In this document: positions 20,932 to 31,128 of the stretch, piece by piece
How positions within the stretch are numbered: position 1 is the first letter of the stretch
Layout: each line of letters opens with the position of its first letter
Assembly: GCA_041917695.1 (NCBI GenBank)
Contig: JAYRXE010000037.1
Location: 434,582 to 498,581, forward strand
DNA: 64,000 bases
From: Minisyncoccota bacterium
Lineage (GTDB): Bacteria; Patescibacteriota; Minisyncoccia; UBA6257; GWB1-50-10
Direction of reading: 5' to 3'
The notes under the pieces: generated by a model
The model's database searches: none
The model's input: only the letters and a program-made list of their open reading frames with translations
What the model was told of the DNA's origin: nothing
Position numbers and translations under genes: made by a program

Positions 20932-23900
20932 CTAGGAGCCCGCCAAAAGGTCTTCCTCAAAGGCCCGGATGCCGTTCATATCCTTGGCGTATCGGGAAAT
21001 ATCCGGGAAATCGAGCGCCATGATTCTTCTATAGACCGCGGCGATAAGCCGTTCCATCCGCTCGGTTTCCGCCGGTTCTATCACGACGGGCAGGCGGCGG
21101 CTATCCTCAGCGGCCTCCACGAATTCGAGACAGCCCTCCCGCACCGGCCCTTTTCCCATAAACTCGCGCGAATGTTCGATGAGGAGCTTGTAAAAGACGA
21201 TTTGCCCGCGGTATTTCCATGCCTTCACCTTCTCATACGGATCGGCGGGATCCCACCGGCGCAACGGCTTCCCGGTTTTCCAATCCCGCACCGCAATGCC
21301 TGCCGGCGAGAACGCTATGTGGTCTACCTTTCCCGAAATCGGAATGCCATTCACGATCACTCCTTGCCGCTTGAAATTGAACTCCACGAAATCCCCGGGA
21401 GAAAAACTTTCCCGCACGCTTTCGTAAAACGGCGGGAGCATGCGTTCTCCGCGAAGCCGCATATGCTCGAAATCCCTTTCGCTGAGGCGCTCCCGCCGCA
21501 GGAATTCGGTGAAGAGCCTGACCACCGCATCGGCATCGGGAGCGGCGCCATTTTTTTTCATGCTATCGTGGGCGCGCTGAAGCGCCTGATGCACCGCCGA
21601 GCCGTACGATCCGCTCGCCGTCTTCGGCTCCGGAAAACGCAGCAAATTCTTTTCAAAGAAAGCGAGCGGGCCTCCGTCGCGCACATCAAGAAAATTATGG
21701 AGATGAGTAACGTTCAGCTGATACTCTTCAAGAAATGGGGCGAGAAGCGCCTGCTCGTCGGGCATAAATGGCCCTGCGCGGCGAGCCTCCCATTCGCGGT
21801 TGAGTATCTTCTCCGCCTCGCCGGCAAAATCCTGAAGCGGCAGGAATTCCGGCTTGAAATGATCCACGCCTTCGCGAGGCGTGAGAAAGCTAAGGCGAAG
21901 GGATTCCCTTCCCCGCGAATCCGCCCGATACGACGTAAGATAGAGATGTTTCCTCGCGCGAGTCATTGCGACATAGAAAAGCCTGATTTCGTCATCCATC
22001 GAATCCTCCGAAGGCGCAATCGGCAGATTTGAAGGCATCGGGAATCGCCTTCCTGCCCGCGAATTCGCCCAAACGTCTTCCTGGCAGTTGAGGACGAATA
22101 CCGTATCGAACTCGAGTCCTTTGGACTTGTGGGCGGTCAGAAACTGCACGGCGGCGGGCGCATTCATGAACGGACTTGCGTTGTGAATGGGTATCTGGTT
22201 TTTCTCGTAGAGCTCGATGAATTCAACGGCGTCTCGGACCTTCAAAGGCCTCCCTCGCCGATATTCGCGAAGCGCATCTATGAACGACTGCAGTGAGGAA
22301 AGGAATTGGATGTAGTCCGCTCGCTTCCCGTGAAAGCGCTCACGGCTGAAATAATACGACCGGAAGGGGCTGAACATGTCGCTTCGGACAAACGTGTCGC
22401 CATCGCCGTCCTCGTCAGAAAATATCCTCTGCGGGCCTCCGACGAGTTCGTGCAGTATCTCCTCTGCGGTCTCATATTGCGCCCGCCCGCCCAATTCGAT
22501 GAAAAAATCTGCGATTGCCGAAGCCTTCCCGCCTGCGCGCTCCATCGCCAAAAGCCACGACGAACTTGATGCCGAGAGCGATATTTCCCATACCGCCTTC
22601 CGATCAAGCCCCCAAAACGGATAGTGAAGGATTTCCGCAAGGTACGCGTCTTCTTCTCCTTTTCGCGAAGCGAGCGAATCAACAAAACGCATCATCGTAA
22701 CCAGTTGGCGCACGTGAGGCTCATGGAGCACGTTCCGCTGGCGCTCATACGAAACAGGAACCTCTGCTGCATGGAAATGCGGCACCAGCGCCTCAAGATC
22801 CCGATGCCGGCGGCCGATCACGGCAATCTTACCCGCCGGAGTTCCGCCTTCAATCAGGCGCTTCGCCTCTGCGGCGAGCCAATGATATTGCGTTTCCTCA
22901 GAAGGGAATTCTCGCGCGCGAATCTCGTCGAGTGCACCTTCCCCTGCAGCCGAACTCAATTCCTTCCGGAGTTCCGGCAACAGCCTTTGCAATTGGAGGG
23001 ATCCTCGCTGGATTACCGAACGGGCGGCGTCCAGAAGCCGCTGAGAAGAGCGGTAGCTTTGGGAGAGCACGATGAGCTTCGGGTCGCGATAACGCTCTGC
23101 GAAACTTACGATGTTCGAAATCTCAGCTCCTTGGAATTTATAGATCGCCTGGTCGTCGTCTCCCACCACCATGATATTCGGCCTGCCTTCATTCACGGGA
23201 TTTTCGGTGAGGAGCGCAAGGAGGCGCATTTGGGCTTCGTTCGTATCCTGAAATTCGTCGACAAGGACATAGTGATAGCGCTCCTGGAGATCGAGGCGCG
23301 CACCAGGGTTTTTCACGAGTGTTGAGATCGTATCGAGAATCATGTCGTCATAGTCGTAGTACTCCTCTTTGCGCATGTTTTCCGCATAGGCGCCGTACAC
23401 GCGCGAAAGCGACTCCATCTTCGGGAGATGCACGAGCTCGCGCACTCTCGTTTGCCCCGCATCGTCTTTCGCGGTATGCCGCCGCTTCCACTCCGTAAGC
23501 GGCTTCATCGTCTCTGACGCTTCCGCATCCAAAAGCGCCTCGGTAAGCGAACGTGCGAGCGCCTCGGGAAGAGGAAGGAAAGGCTCCGGCAAGGAAGCCG
23601 CCTGAAGCGCACGCAAGGCTTCGACCGCTTCGTGGGCCTTTCCGTACGAAGATTTCGATATCCGAGACGCAAACGCTTCGGATACGATTGCGTCTATCTC
23701 CGGCAAGAGCCGCCGGCTTTCCTCGACGATGCCGCGGAGATCACCCGGCGATATGCCGGCCTTTTTCATATGGCCTATCGCCTCGCGCACTTTATTCAAA
23801 TACGTAAACTGGCCGTTCAGCTCGGCGCGAAGCGGATCGCCATGTTCCAACCCGCTCATAATCGCCTCCAGGACCGTTATTTGAGTGAGTTCGTCGGCGG

Positions 23901-24246
23901 GAGAAAGAAAGGCGCCATTGTAAAAATGCTCGGGGTACCGCCCGATGATTTCCACGCCAAAACTATGGAACGTGTGGATGGAAACTCGATACGCGTCACG
24001 GCCGATGAGTTCCGCAAGCCGCCGGCGCATATTGAAAGCGGCGGCGTCGGTAAAGGTAAGGCACAGTATGTTGCCCGGAGAAACGTCCGCGCTCGCAAGG
24101 ATATTCCCCACCCTCAGCGCCAAAAGCTCGGTTTTCCCCGACCCCGGGCCCGCAATCACCATGACCGGCCCTTCAAGCGCATCCACCGCCTGTTTCTGGG
24201 CGGCATTCAGCTGCTCATATCGTTCCGCAAAACGCTTTGGATCCAT
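20932..24246 (-). CDS. UvrD/PcrA/Rep-family ATP-dependent DNA helicase with a C-terminal PD-(D/E)XK (RecB/Cas4-like) nuclease domain
   Basis: Helicase motifs: Walker A AGPGSGKTE, motif II VLVDEFQDTN, SQSYRS, and TAHKSKGLEFD...YVAMTRARKHLYL. The C-terminus carries GKVDHIAF...DWKTGKP...YRGQIVFYKLL, i.e. D, D/ExK and QxxxY motifs. Confidence 0.85.
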   Translation of the reverse strand: MDPKRFAERYEQLNAAQKQAVDALEGPVMVIAGPGSGKTELLALRVGNILASADVSPGNILCLTFTDAAAFNMRRRLAELIGRDAYRVSIHTFHSFGVEIIGRYPEHFYNGAFLSPADELTQITVLEAIMSGLEHGDPLRAELNGQFTYLNKVREAIGHMKKAGISPGDLRGIVEESRRLLPEIDAIVSEAFASRISKSSYGKAHEAVEALRALQAASLPEPFLPLPEALARSLTEALLDAEASETMKPLTEWKRRHTAKDDAGQTRVRELVHLPKMESLSRVYGAYAENMRKEEYYDYDDMILDTISTLVKNPGARLDLQERYHYVLVDEFQDTNEAQMRLLALLTENPVNEGRPNIMVVGDDDQAIYKFQGAEISNIVSFAERYRDPKLIVLSQSYRSSQRLLDAARSVIQRGSLQLQRLLPELRKELSSAAGEGALDEIRAREFPSEETQYHWLAAEAKRLIEGGTPAGKIAVIGRRHRDLEALVPHFHAAEVPVSYERQRNVLHEPHVRQLVTMMRFVDSLASRKGEEDAYLAEILHYPFWGLDRKAVWEISLSASSSSWLLAMERAGGKASAIADFFIELGGRAQYETAEEILHELVGGPQRIFSDEDGDGDTFVRSDMFSPFRSYYFSRERFHGKRADYIQFLSSLQSFIDALREYRRGRPLKVRDAVEFIELYEKNQIPIHNASPFMNAPAAVQFLTAHKSKGLEFDTVFVLNCQEDVWANSRAGRRFPMPSNLPIAPSEDSMDDEIRLFYVAMTRARKHLYLTSYRADSRGRESLRLSFLTPREGVDHFKPEFLPLQDFAGEAEKILNREWEARRAGPFMPDEQALLAPFLEEYQLNVTHLHNFLDVRDGGPLAFFEKNLLRFPEPKTASGSYGSAVHQALQRAHDSMKKNGAAPDADAVVRLFTEFLRRERLSERDFEHMRLRGERMLPPFYESVRESFSPGDFVEFNFKRQGVIVNGIPISGKVDHIAFSPAGIAVRDWKTGKPLRRWDPADPYEKVKAWKYRGQIVFYKLLIEHSREFMGKGPVREGCLEFVEAAEDSRRLPVVIEPAETERMERLIAAVYRRIMALDFPDISRYAKDMNGIRAFEEDLLAGS

Positions 24247-24308
24247 GTGAGGTTAGTGTACCTTTTTGCCCCCTCTAAACAAAACTCCCTCCGTTTTCAC
24301 GAAGGGAG

Positions 24309-24389
24309 CTTTTCCAGCTTAACCGCGGAAGCGAAGAGAGACCTTCCTCCCCTCCTTTTTCCGGTGCTTCTTTTTGGCAACTTTGCGCT
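24309..24389 (-). CDS. Micro-ORF (26 aa) encoding a highly basic peptide, possibly bS22-like ribosomal protein
   Basis: MNKKRKVAKKKHRKKEGRKVSLRFRG. A GAGGG Shine-Dalgarno lies 5 nt upstream of the ATG. The KKKHRK motif is the hallmark of bS22/AURKAIP1-family peptides. It is below the ORF-track size cutoff. Confidence 0.35.
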
Positions 24390-24444
24390 TCTTGTTCATA
24401 TGAGCCCTCACTATAGCCGAAGCGGGCCTCTGAATCAACGGGCG

Positions 24445-25404
24445 CTAGAGAAGAGCCTTCTCTTTCAATACGGCCCTCACTCCCTTCGCGGAAGCCGTCC
24501 GCATAAGCTCCGCCCGAACCTCGGCGGCGCCTTCAAAGCCCGCCACATAGGCCTTAAAGTGCTTTTTCATCACATCAAAACCCTTATGCCCCTTAAACGT
24601 CTTTTCGAATAGTTCAACGTGCTTTATGAGCACCCGAAAACGCTCTTTCCGCGAAACTTTTTTATTTGAAAACAACCAGGGGTTCCCGAAGATGGCTCGG
24701 CCGAGCATCGCGCCGTCAGCGCCGTATTCCTTCACCTTTGCTTTTGCGTCAGCACTATCCGCGAGGTCGCCGTTTCCGATGATGAGCGGGCGGACCCCGG
24801 AAAAGTATTTATCGCGGAGCTCCACCGCTTCCCGAATGTGGCTCCATCGCGCGGGAACCTTGGACATCTCGTTTCGCGTGCGGGCATGGATGACGACGGC
24901 GGCAGGCTCGCATTCAAAAATATACGGCAACCACTTTTCAAGCTCGGGACGCGCATAGCCGACGCGGGTTTTTACCGAAACCGGGAGTTTCCCCGCGCCA
25001 CGTTGCGTGGCGCGGATGACCTCTGAAGCGATGCGGGGCGTCTTTATAAGCGCCGCGCCCGCGCCCTGCCTCTCCACCTTTCGGTCGGGGCACCCCATAT
25101 TGATATCGATGCCCTGAAACCCAAGCTCGGCGCAGAGCTCCGCCGCTCGGCGCGCATGGTCGGGCTTCGACGTGAAAATCTGGGCGACAATGGGCCTTTC
25201 ACGGCGGGAGAATTTCAAATCAATGAGCAATTTCGCGCGCCCTTTTTCTGAACACAAGCCGTCTGCCGAAACGAACTCCGTATAAAAGACATCCGGCTTT
25301 CCGCAGGATGCGATGATTTCCCGGAAGGCATAGTCCGTCACATCCGCCATCGGGGCAAGCACCATGACCGGCTTCTTCAATTTTTCCCAAAAACCCAGAC
25401 GCAT
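24445..25404 (-). CDS. dus: tRNA-dihydrouridine synthase
   Basis: A TIM-barrel flavoenzyme: VLAPMADVTDYAFREI, GIDINMGCP and catalytic-loop KTRVG. Confidence 0.9.
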   Translation of the reverse strand: MRLGFWEKLKKPVMVLAPMADVTDYAFREIIASCGKPDVFYTEFVSADGLCSEKGRAKLLIDLKFSRRERPIVAQIFTSKPDHARRAAELCAELGFQGIDINMGCPDRKVERQGAGAALIKTPRIASEVIRATQRGAGKLPVSVKTRVGYARPELEKWLPYIFECEPAAVVIHARTRNEMSKVPARWSHIREAVELRDKYFSGVRPLIIGNGDLADSADAKAKVKEYGADGAMLGRAIFGNPWLFSNKKVSRKERFRVLIKHVELFEKTFKGHKGFDVMKKHFKAYVAGFEGAAEVRAELMRTASAKGVRAVLKEKALL

Positions 25405-25429
25405 ATTTACCCAGGATACCCCGCTTCAA

Positions 25430-25458
25430 GGGAAAATAAAAAGCCCCACAAGGGGCTT
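25430..25458 (-). terminator. Rho-independent terminator
   Basis: aaagccccacaaggggcttt forms a hairpin, with a minus-strand T-run after it. Confidence 0.55.
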
Positions 25459-25461
25459 TCC

Positions 25462-25857
25462 TTAATAACGGCTGGTGTATGTCTTTTCTATCGGATCGTA
25501 CCAAATGGTCGAATCCTTTTCAGTAAGTATTTCAACCCAATAATCAAAAAAATCCTGAGCACACTTCTCGAAACCAAACACCTTCTTATGCTTCCAAATA
25601 TCCTTGCGGATGATTTCGACAAGAATAAGATTATTCTCCAGAAAATCTATGTCATGGAGGACAATGGTGTAGGTCGTATCGTTCCTTATCTCATATTGCT
25701 CGTCATCCCTACTGGTGAAAATGAGCACGTGCTCATCCGCTATAAATTTGCGCACCATGATTCGCTCGCCATCATCACCATTCCCCTGACTTGAGACGTG
25801 AACCGGAATACAGGCAAGGATGGCAATTACGAGGACGCAAAACGTCTTTATTTCCAT
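25462..25857 (-). CDS. Hypothetical secreted protein
   Basis: A 131-aa protein with an N-terminal signal-like segment MEIKTFCVLVIAILACIPVHVSS and lower-GC codon usage. Confidence 0.45.
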   Translation of the reverse strand: MEIKTFCVLVIAILACIPVHVSSQGNGDDGERIMVRKFIADEHVLIFTSRDDEQYEIRNDTTYTIVLHDIDFLENNLILVEIIRKDIWKHKKVFGFEKCAQDFFDYWVEILTEKDSTIWYDPIEKTYTSRY

Positions 25858-25978
25858 TTTTGAACTCCCTTCAGAGTGTTAATTAGCTGAATAGAGCATG
25901 CAATTTAATCGGGAATAGGTCAATAAGCCATCAAAGCGCTCCACGGGAGCGCTTTGAGAAAAAACTATTGGGTAAATA

Positions 25979-27331
25979 TTAGGTGCCTCCGCCTTCCCGG
26001 CAAATGCCAGGTCCGCATACCCACTGCCAGCCGGACCACATCTCCTGCCACTGGCAGCACCGGCGCGTCTGGTCAGTCTGACCCCCTTCATTTCCCGACG
26101 GCGTTTCCCTTGTCGCCTTTTCCGCCGACGTCACGATTGAGAAGGCATTACTGATCGCCTTAACCGAAGGATTTGCAACTGACTGGACGACCACATGGTA
26201 CGGACCCGACGCAAGCGTCGAAGGAACCGTCACCCTGAAATCGCCGTCATTGAACGCTTTCCTCGAGAAAGAATAGATATTCTTCGTGAGATCGGATTCC
26301 GCTACGAGATAAATGGAAACATAGTCCGTTTCGCGCAAGGAACCTCCCGACGTAGCCTTCCAGACTACGGTTTGCTGGGAACCCTTCACCCACGCTGAAA
26401 CGATATTCGCGCTTCCGGGCTGAGTCACTTCCATACCGGAAGACTGTCCTCCCTTGAGCGTTCCCGTTCCACTACCGCCCTGAGCACCATTTCCAAGGCC
26501 GCCGCAACCGCAGTGTGAGCCGCCGTTGCACCACCAGTAGCCATACCCTTCAATCCATCTGCCGCACCCTGGACGATCCGGCTCGTTCCCCGTCAAATTC
26601 CGGTCGGAGATTTTTTCAACGCCAGCCAAGGCGCTCACCCTCCCGGTAATGCGGTCGATAACGATACCCCACGCCTTATCAATCATGCCAGGGGTTACGC
26701 TCACAATGCTGCTCGTAACGGTGCTGGTCGGCGGGACCGATACGTTTGAACCGACAGTGAACGAACTGCCATAGGCCCGCGCGTTCGGACGCGCATACGG
26801 TTCGATGGCAATCTGGTATTCGCCCGGATAAATGCTCTTCGAAACCGTCCACTTGTACACGCCCGTGTTCTTCACGATCGGCGAAACCGTCCACAACACG
26901 GTCTTCGTGGCGCTTGCGGGCGACACGAGATAGATCGAAACGAAGTTCGGACTCGCCTGCGCTCCCATCGAAGCGGAGTCGATCTCCCACTTCACCTCAT
27001 AGGTGTTCCCGGGAACGAGGTTCCCGCCCGTCGGCGCGGTGACGCGGATATACGTCGAGCTTTCGACCGCCGGCGCCTTCGTCGTGTTCGTGCCGGTCGT
27101 TCCGGATGCCGGGGTCTTTGTCGTACCCGTCGTCGTCGAACCAGCCGTATCGACCGATGCGGAATCGAACTTTTCGATAAGCGCCGCTACCGCGCGGCCC
27201 AAATCGGCGACAAGCGCCAAAACGTCGGCAAGCAGGTTCGATTCCGATGAACTGCTTACCTGTGCGGATGCGAAACTCACGCCCCCGAAAAGGACGATGA
27301 CCGCTCCCGCGATAACCAAGAATTTCTTCAT
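25979..27331 (-). CDS. Secreted Thr/Ser-rich surface protein with an internally duplicated domain
   Basis: The signal peptide is MKKFLVIAGAVIVLFGGVSFASA, followed by a Thr-rich linker and two homologous domains (YEVKWEIDS...VSIYLVSPAS and VVWKATSGG...YVSIYLVAES). Gly/Cys/Trp-rich segments are also present. Confidence 0.55.
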   Translation of the reverse strand: MKKFLVIAGAVIVLFGGVSFASAQVSSSSESNLLADVLALVADLGRAVAALIEKFDSASVDTAGSTTTGTTKTPASGTTGTNTTKAPAVESSTYIRVTAPTGGNLVPGNTYEVKWEIDSASMGAQASPNFVSIYLVSPASATKTVLWTVSPIVKNTGVYKWTVSKSIYPGEYQIAIEPYARPNARAYGSSFTVGSNVSVPPTSTVTSSIVSVTPGMIDKAWGIVIDRITGRVSALAGVEKISDRNLTGNEPDRPGCGRWIEGYGYWWCNGGSHCGCGGLGNGAQGGSGTGTLKGGQSSGMEVTQPGSANIVSAWVKGSQQTVVWKATSGGSLRETDYVSIYLVAESDLTKNIYSFSRKAFNDGDFRVTVPSTLASGPYHVVVQSVANPSVKAISNAFSIVTSAEKATRETPSGNEGGQTDQTRRCCQWQEMWSGWQWVCGPGICREGGGT

Positions 27332-27543
27332 ATATGTATGAATTTTATGACCTTTTTAGTGTCTTTTTGCGACTCTTACAGTATACCATACAGCCCTCGG
27401 GAGCCGCTCTAGCCTTAGAAAAAGCCCGTGTCACACCTATTGACAAGAGTCGTTATATATGCTAGTATTTCCTCAGCAAATAAATCTCTAAAATTATCAA
27501 TAACTAAAGGCCCTGAGGGGCTAAAGAAGAGGAGAATTAACAA

Positions 27544-28272
27544 ATGAAAAAGATCGCAGTTCTTGTAACCGTTCTTATGGTTTCACTTTCTTTTTTCACC
27601 GGTAACACCCAGTCGCAGTGGAAGTATGTTCAGTTTAAAGGATCTTTCTGGGGCTCAGTGCCTCAAAAAGACGCAAATGACAGCATATTCAACCCACTCA
27701 CTGAAAACAGGTACGGCGGCATGATGGAAGTTTCGCTTCTTAATAAGAAACAAACTTTCGGCGTAGGAATTTTCGGATATGCAAATAACGACCGTGGTAT
27801 CCTCGGCGCCAACATCATCTTCATGCCCAGCCAGAAATTTAAGTTAACGGTCGGCCCCGGCGCGGCCAAGAGCTTCAAAGGCTCTGAACGCGAATCAAAC
27901 CCGAAAGGATATGAATTCGCTGCCATTGGCAGTATGCGGGTATGGCTCAAACCCCTTGAGTTGTATGGCATAGGCGCCTTCAACACCGGTGGTATAAAGT
28001 TTGCACGCTTCACTGCAACAGTCAGGGTAGCCCCCTGGCTCAATATCGGAGGCCTTGTTGAGAAGGAGGAAGATATCTCTCCTTATATGGGCGGACTTGC
28101 AGAGGGTTTTTGGAAGATTTCCAAAAACGCCCAGATTCTCATATTTGGGTCAGTCGGTATGAAGAAAGTAACAACGAAAGAAACGGAAGATTCACCGGCG
28201 CAGGAAAAAAATATCATTCATTTCAACGTTGGCGGATCGGTTAAACTGACCACCATCGGAACGATATTTTAG
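27544..28272 (+). CDS. Hypothetical secreted protein (beta-rich)
   Basis: The signal peptide is MKKIAVLVTVLMVSLSFFTG. The rest alternates hydrophobic and polar residues in a beta-strand pattern. Confidence 0.5.
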   Translation: MKKIAVLVTVLMVSLSFFTGNTQSQWKYVQFKGSFWGSVPQKDANDSIFNPLTENRYGGMMEVSLLNKKQTFGVGIFGYANNDRGILGANIIFMPSQKFKLTVGPGAAKSFKGSERESNPKGYEFAAIGSMRVWLKPLELYGIGAFNTGGIKFARFTATVRVAPWLNIGGLVEKEEDISPYMGGLAEGFWKISKNAQILIFGSVGMKKVTTKETEDSPAQEKNIIHFNVGGSVKLTTIGTIF

Positions 28273-28295
28273 GCTTTTGATTTCGAATCAACAAA

Positions 28296-28325
28296 AAACC
28301 CGCTCTTGAGCGGGTTTTCTTTTTT
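28296..28325. terminator. Bidirectional rho-independent terminator
   Basis: aacccgctcttgagcgggtt forms a hairpin flanked by A-runs and T-runs on both strands. Confidence 0.6.
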
Positions 28326-31125
28326 ACTGCGCGCCTCCGGCGATCATCTGAAGCAGGTTCCGCATTGCCGGCGCGAGACGTCCGCTTCCCAGGTCGGAAA
28401 GCATATTCGAGACAAAGCGCTTCCGCAGGTATTTTTTCTCCGCCAGCCCGCCTTTCTTTTCAAAATACTTCGAGAGCAATTCCCCTATCGCCATATTCTT
28501 CTCAGCAATTCCGTCGATGGCCTTAAGCGAAAGCAAATCGCGGTAATTGATATACTCGCCCTCCAACATCTTCGAGGCTCCCGCTTCAAGTTCGGCGTTT
28601 TCCTTCGCGGTCGCCGCTGCGTATTTCTTATAGGCGCCGTTCAAAAACCTCTTTTCAAGAAACGCATCGAGCTTGTACTTCATGAATCCAGGTTTCGCGA
28701 AATAACTCAGGATGTCGAGCGCCTTGCCGACGGGACCGACGATCTCGTCCGCAAGGGCGGCGCGGAAAATGCGCGGGAGCTTGTCGGAGCCGAGCATCTC
28801 GAATTTCATCAGGGCGGGACGCTTGAATACCTCCTTTACCACCGCCATCTCCCTACCGGCTTTCCTGCCGTATGCGGCGGCGTTCATCATCACGAGGCGG
28901 CGGCGGAAACCATTTGCCGCCATGCTTCCCAGATACGCTTCGACGCCGTCTTTCGTCGCACCTTCCTCCTTTTCTTTCAATTCGCGGGTCTCTTTCTCGA
29001 GCGTCGCATTCAATTCGGCAAGCTTCCCGCGCCAATTTTCTCCGGACTTTTGGAGGTTTTCGTCGTACTTCAGGAAGTTTGCGAAAGATACCTGCTGGTT
29101 TTCCTTATACGAAACTCCCGCCTTTGAATAGGCCTTCCCGTACGCTTCCTCCGCTTCGAAAACGGCGGAAGCGTCGCGGATTTCTTTCCGTGAAAACATC
29201 TTTTCGATGTTCAATTTCTGAAGGAACGCATCGAGCGCGTCGCCGCCTGCGCGGGAAGCCGCTTCAAGTTCCTCGGCGCCCGCAAGATTCAAGACGCGCA
29301 CGGCGTTCAAACGCTCCGTGAAGGTGAGCGGCTCTTCCTTTTCCGGCGAAAGCGCTTCAGGCACCTTCTCATCCTCTGACGCTTCCGCTTTTTGGGCTTC
29401 TTTCTCGGTTCCTCCGCCGTCTTTCCCCTCGACGGTTTTTTCTCCGCCCTCCTTGTCTTTTACTTCTTCCGCAGGCGCGGCGGGGGTCGCTTCGGGTTGC
29501 GGCTTTTCCGGCGCGGACCCTTCGAGTTCGCGAATCTCATCCTCATACATCAAAATATCCTTCTCCAACGCATCCTTGCCGACAAAACCGGGAGTCTTGA
29601 AATTCTTTTCCGCTTCGGCAATCTTTGCGCGCAAGGCGCGAATCTTTTCAGCCTTTTCATCGGGCGTCGGCTCGCTCCGTTCTCCTTCCTTTTCCCAGGC
29701 GAGCGCTCCCCCGCGCTTTACGGCAAGCTCTGCCGCGGAAAGCATCACCTCCTCTTTTTTCTCTTCAGCGACGGGAGCGTCTTCATGTTTCGGCACAAAG
29801 ACATGCACGCCGGAAGAAACAGGCTCGCTTTCCTTTTGTGGCGCCTCTCCCGCCATCGCGATATCGGGAACATGGATATGGAGCGCGAGCGGCTCCTCCT
29901 CTCTCTTCTCCTCGCTTTCCTTTTTCTCGATCTCCTCGGGAATATCTATGGCTGACTCGTGAGTTTTAAATCCGGGGATGCGCTTTTCGAGATAATCTTC
30001 GACCGTCGCGCGAATGCCATGCGCTTCAGGCAACGCATTCACTACTTCGTAGACATTGAAAACGGCTCCGGGGGGCGGGCCTTTCTCGAGATAATGATTC
30101 AAAACGCCGATGGGATTCAAAATGTCGTTATAGGTATAGGTCTTCCCGTTTTCCTCGATGGCGTCTCCCCCTTCGCGCAGCTTGTTGTCGATAATGTTCC
30201 GCATGTCCTTCAACGAACCTATCTCCGGAATGCTCCATTCGGACGATTCGGCTGCTTTTTTGCGCTCCGCGATCTTTTCCTGAAGGGGTGTTCGTACTAC
30301 ATCCGCTACTTTCTTCTCAGCAGGCTTATCGCCTCCCCTTCGGCGTAGTTCGGCTTCAGCCTGAGCACGCATAGCTTGTGGCAAGCGACTCATGTCAAAC
30401 ACGCCCACGGGATTCTCGAGATAGCCCCTAAAGTCTGAAAGCGCCGACTTCTCCGCAGCTGAATATTTGCTCTCCTTCGTATAAATTCCCTCCATGCTTC
30501 CGACTGCCGGCGTGAGCGGAACCTCCGGAGGAACGGCATTCTTCTCGGGAGACTTCTTCAAAAACGAAGGCTTTAAAATATCGTCGGTCTTTTTCAATGC
30601 GCCGCGGATTGCGGAATCGGCGGGGCCTTTTTCCTTCTCCGGGAGCGCGGAAATGTCGGGGATGTCCGTTCCGGTCGGGTTCTCGACGAACCGACGCACG
30701 GCCTCTCGGGCGGATTCGGCATTCGCCTTCTCTATGAAGGCAGGTTTCTCCGGCGGGTTTTTCACTTCATCGTCAAAATTGAAATCAACCTGCTTCGGAG
30801 GCTTTTCACCTTTCGCCTCCCGTATCTTCATTTTCTCTATCTCAAGGCGTCCCCACGGAAGGGACTTGAAAAAATCTTCTTTCGGTTCCTCCGCCCGCTT
30901 TTTCAGCAACGCCATATCCGCGTTAAACGAGGCGATCTCTTCGCCGTTCCCCTCGCGCTTTACCGTCTCGATATTCGCGTCTATCTTAGCGAGGAGTTTT
31001 TTCTCCTCCGCCGTGAATAATTCGCCGAATACTTTGTCGTCCAACGACTCGGCATCATTCGCCGCGGTCTCCGCGAGCTGTTCTCCTATATTCTTCTTTT
31101 TTGTATCGGTGATTTCGTACTGCAT
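28324..31125 (-). CDS. Very large (933 aa) acidic Glu/Lys-rich coiled-coil protein, hypothetical
   Basis: The composition is low-complexity and charged throughout, with long predicted helices. No TM segment and no recognisable enzymatic motif. Confidence 0.6.
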   Translation of the reverse strand: MQYEITDTKKKNIGEQLAETAANDAESLDDKVFGELFTAEEKKLLAKIDANIETVKREGNGEEIASFNADMALLKKRAEEPKEDFFKSLPWGRLEIEKMKIREAKGEKPPKQVDFNFDDEVKNPPEKPAFIEKANAESAREAVRRFVENPTGTDIPDISALPEKEKGPADSAIRGALKKTDDILKPSFLKKSPEKNAVPPEVPLTPAVGSMEGIYTKESKYSAAEKSALSDFRGYLENPVGVFDMSRLPQAMRAQAEAELRRRGGDKPAEKKVADVVRTPLQEKIAERKKAAESSEWSIPEIGSLKDMRNIIDNKLREGGDAIEENGKTYTYNDILNPIGVLNHYLEKGPPPGAVFNVYEVVNALPEAHGIRATVEDYLEKRIPGFKTHESAIDIPEEIEKKESEEKREEEPLALHIHVPDIAMAGEAPQKESEPVSSGVHVFVPKHEDAPVAEEKKEEVMLSAAELAVKRGGALAWEKEGERSEPTPDEKAEKIRALRAKIAEAEKNFKTPGFVGKDALEKDILMYEDEIRELEGSAPEKPQPEATPAAPAEEVKDKEGGEKTVEGKDGGGTEKEAQKAEASEDEKVPEALSPEKEEPLTFTERLNAVRVLNLAGAEELEAASRAGGDALDAFLQKLNIEKMFSRKEIRDASAVFEAEEAYGKAYSKAGVSYKENQQVSFANFLKYDENLQKSGENWRGKLAELNATLEKETRELKEKEEGATKDGVEAYLGSMAANGFRRRLVMMNAAAYGRKAGREMAVVKEVFKRPALMKFEMLGSDKLPRIFRAALADEIVGPVGKALDILSYFAKPGFMKYKLDAFLEKRFLNGAYKKYAAATAKENAELEAGASKMLEGEYINYRDLLSLKAIDGIAEKNMAIGELLSKYFEKKGGLAEKKYLRKRFVSNMLSDLGSGRLAPAMRNLLQMIAGGAQ

Positions 31126-31128
31126 GGC

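Noticed and set aside
20911-22032. Long plus-strand ORFs antisense to the helicase-nuclease gene (20911-22032, 22624-23325, 23632-24612).
   Set aside because: They sit antisense within a 1104-aa gene with strong motifs. High-GC genomes generate long spurious antisense ORFs.
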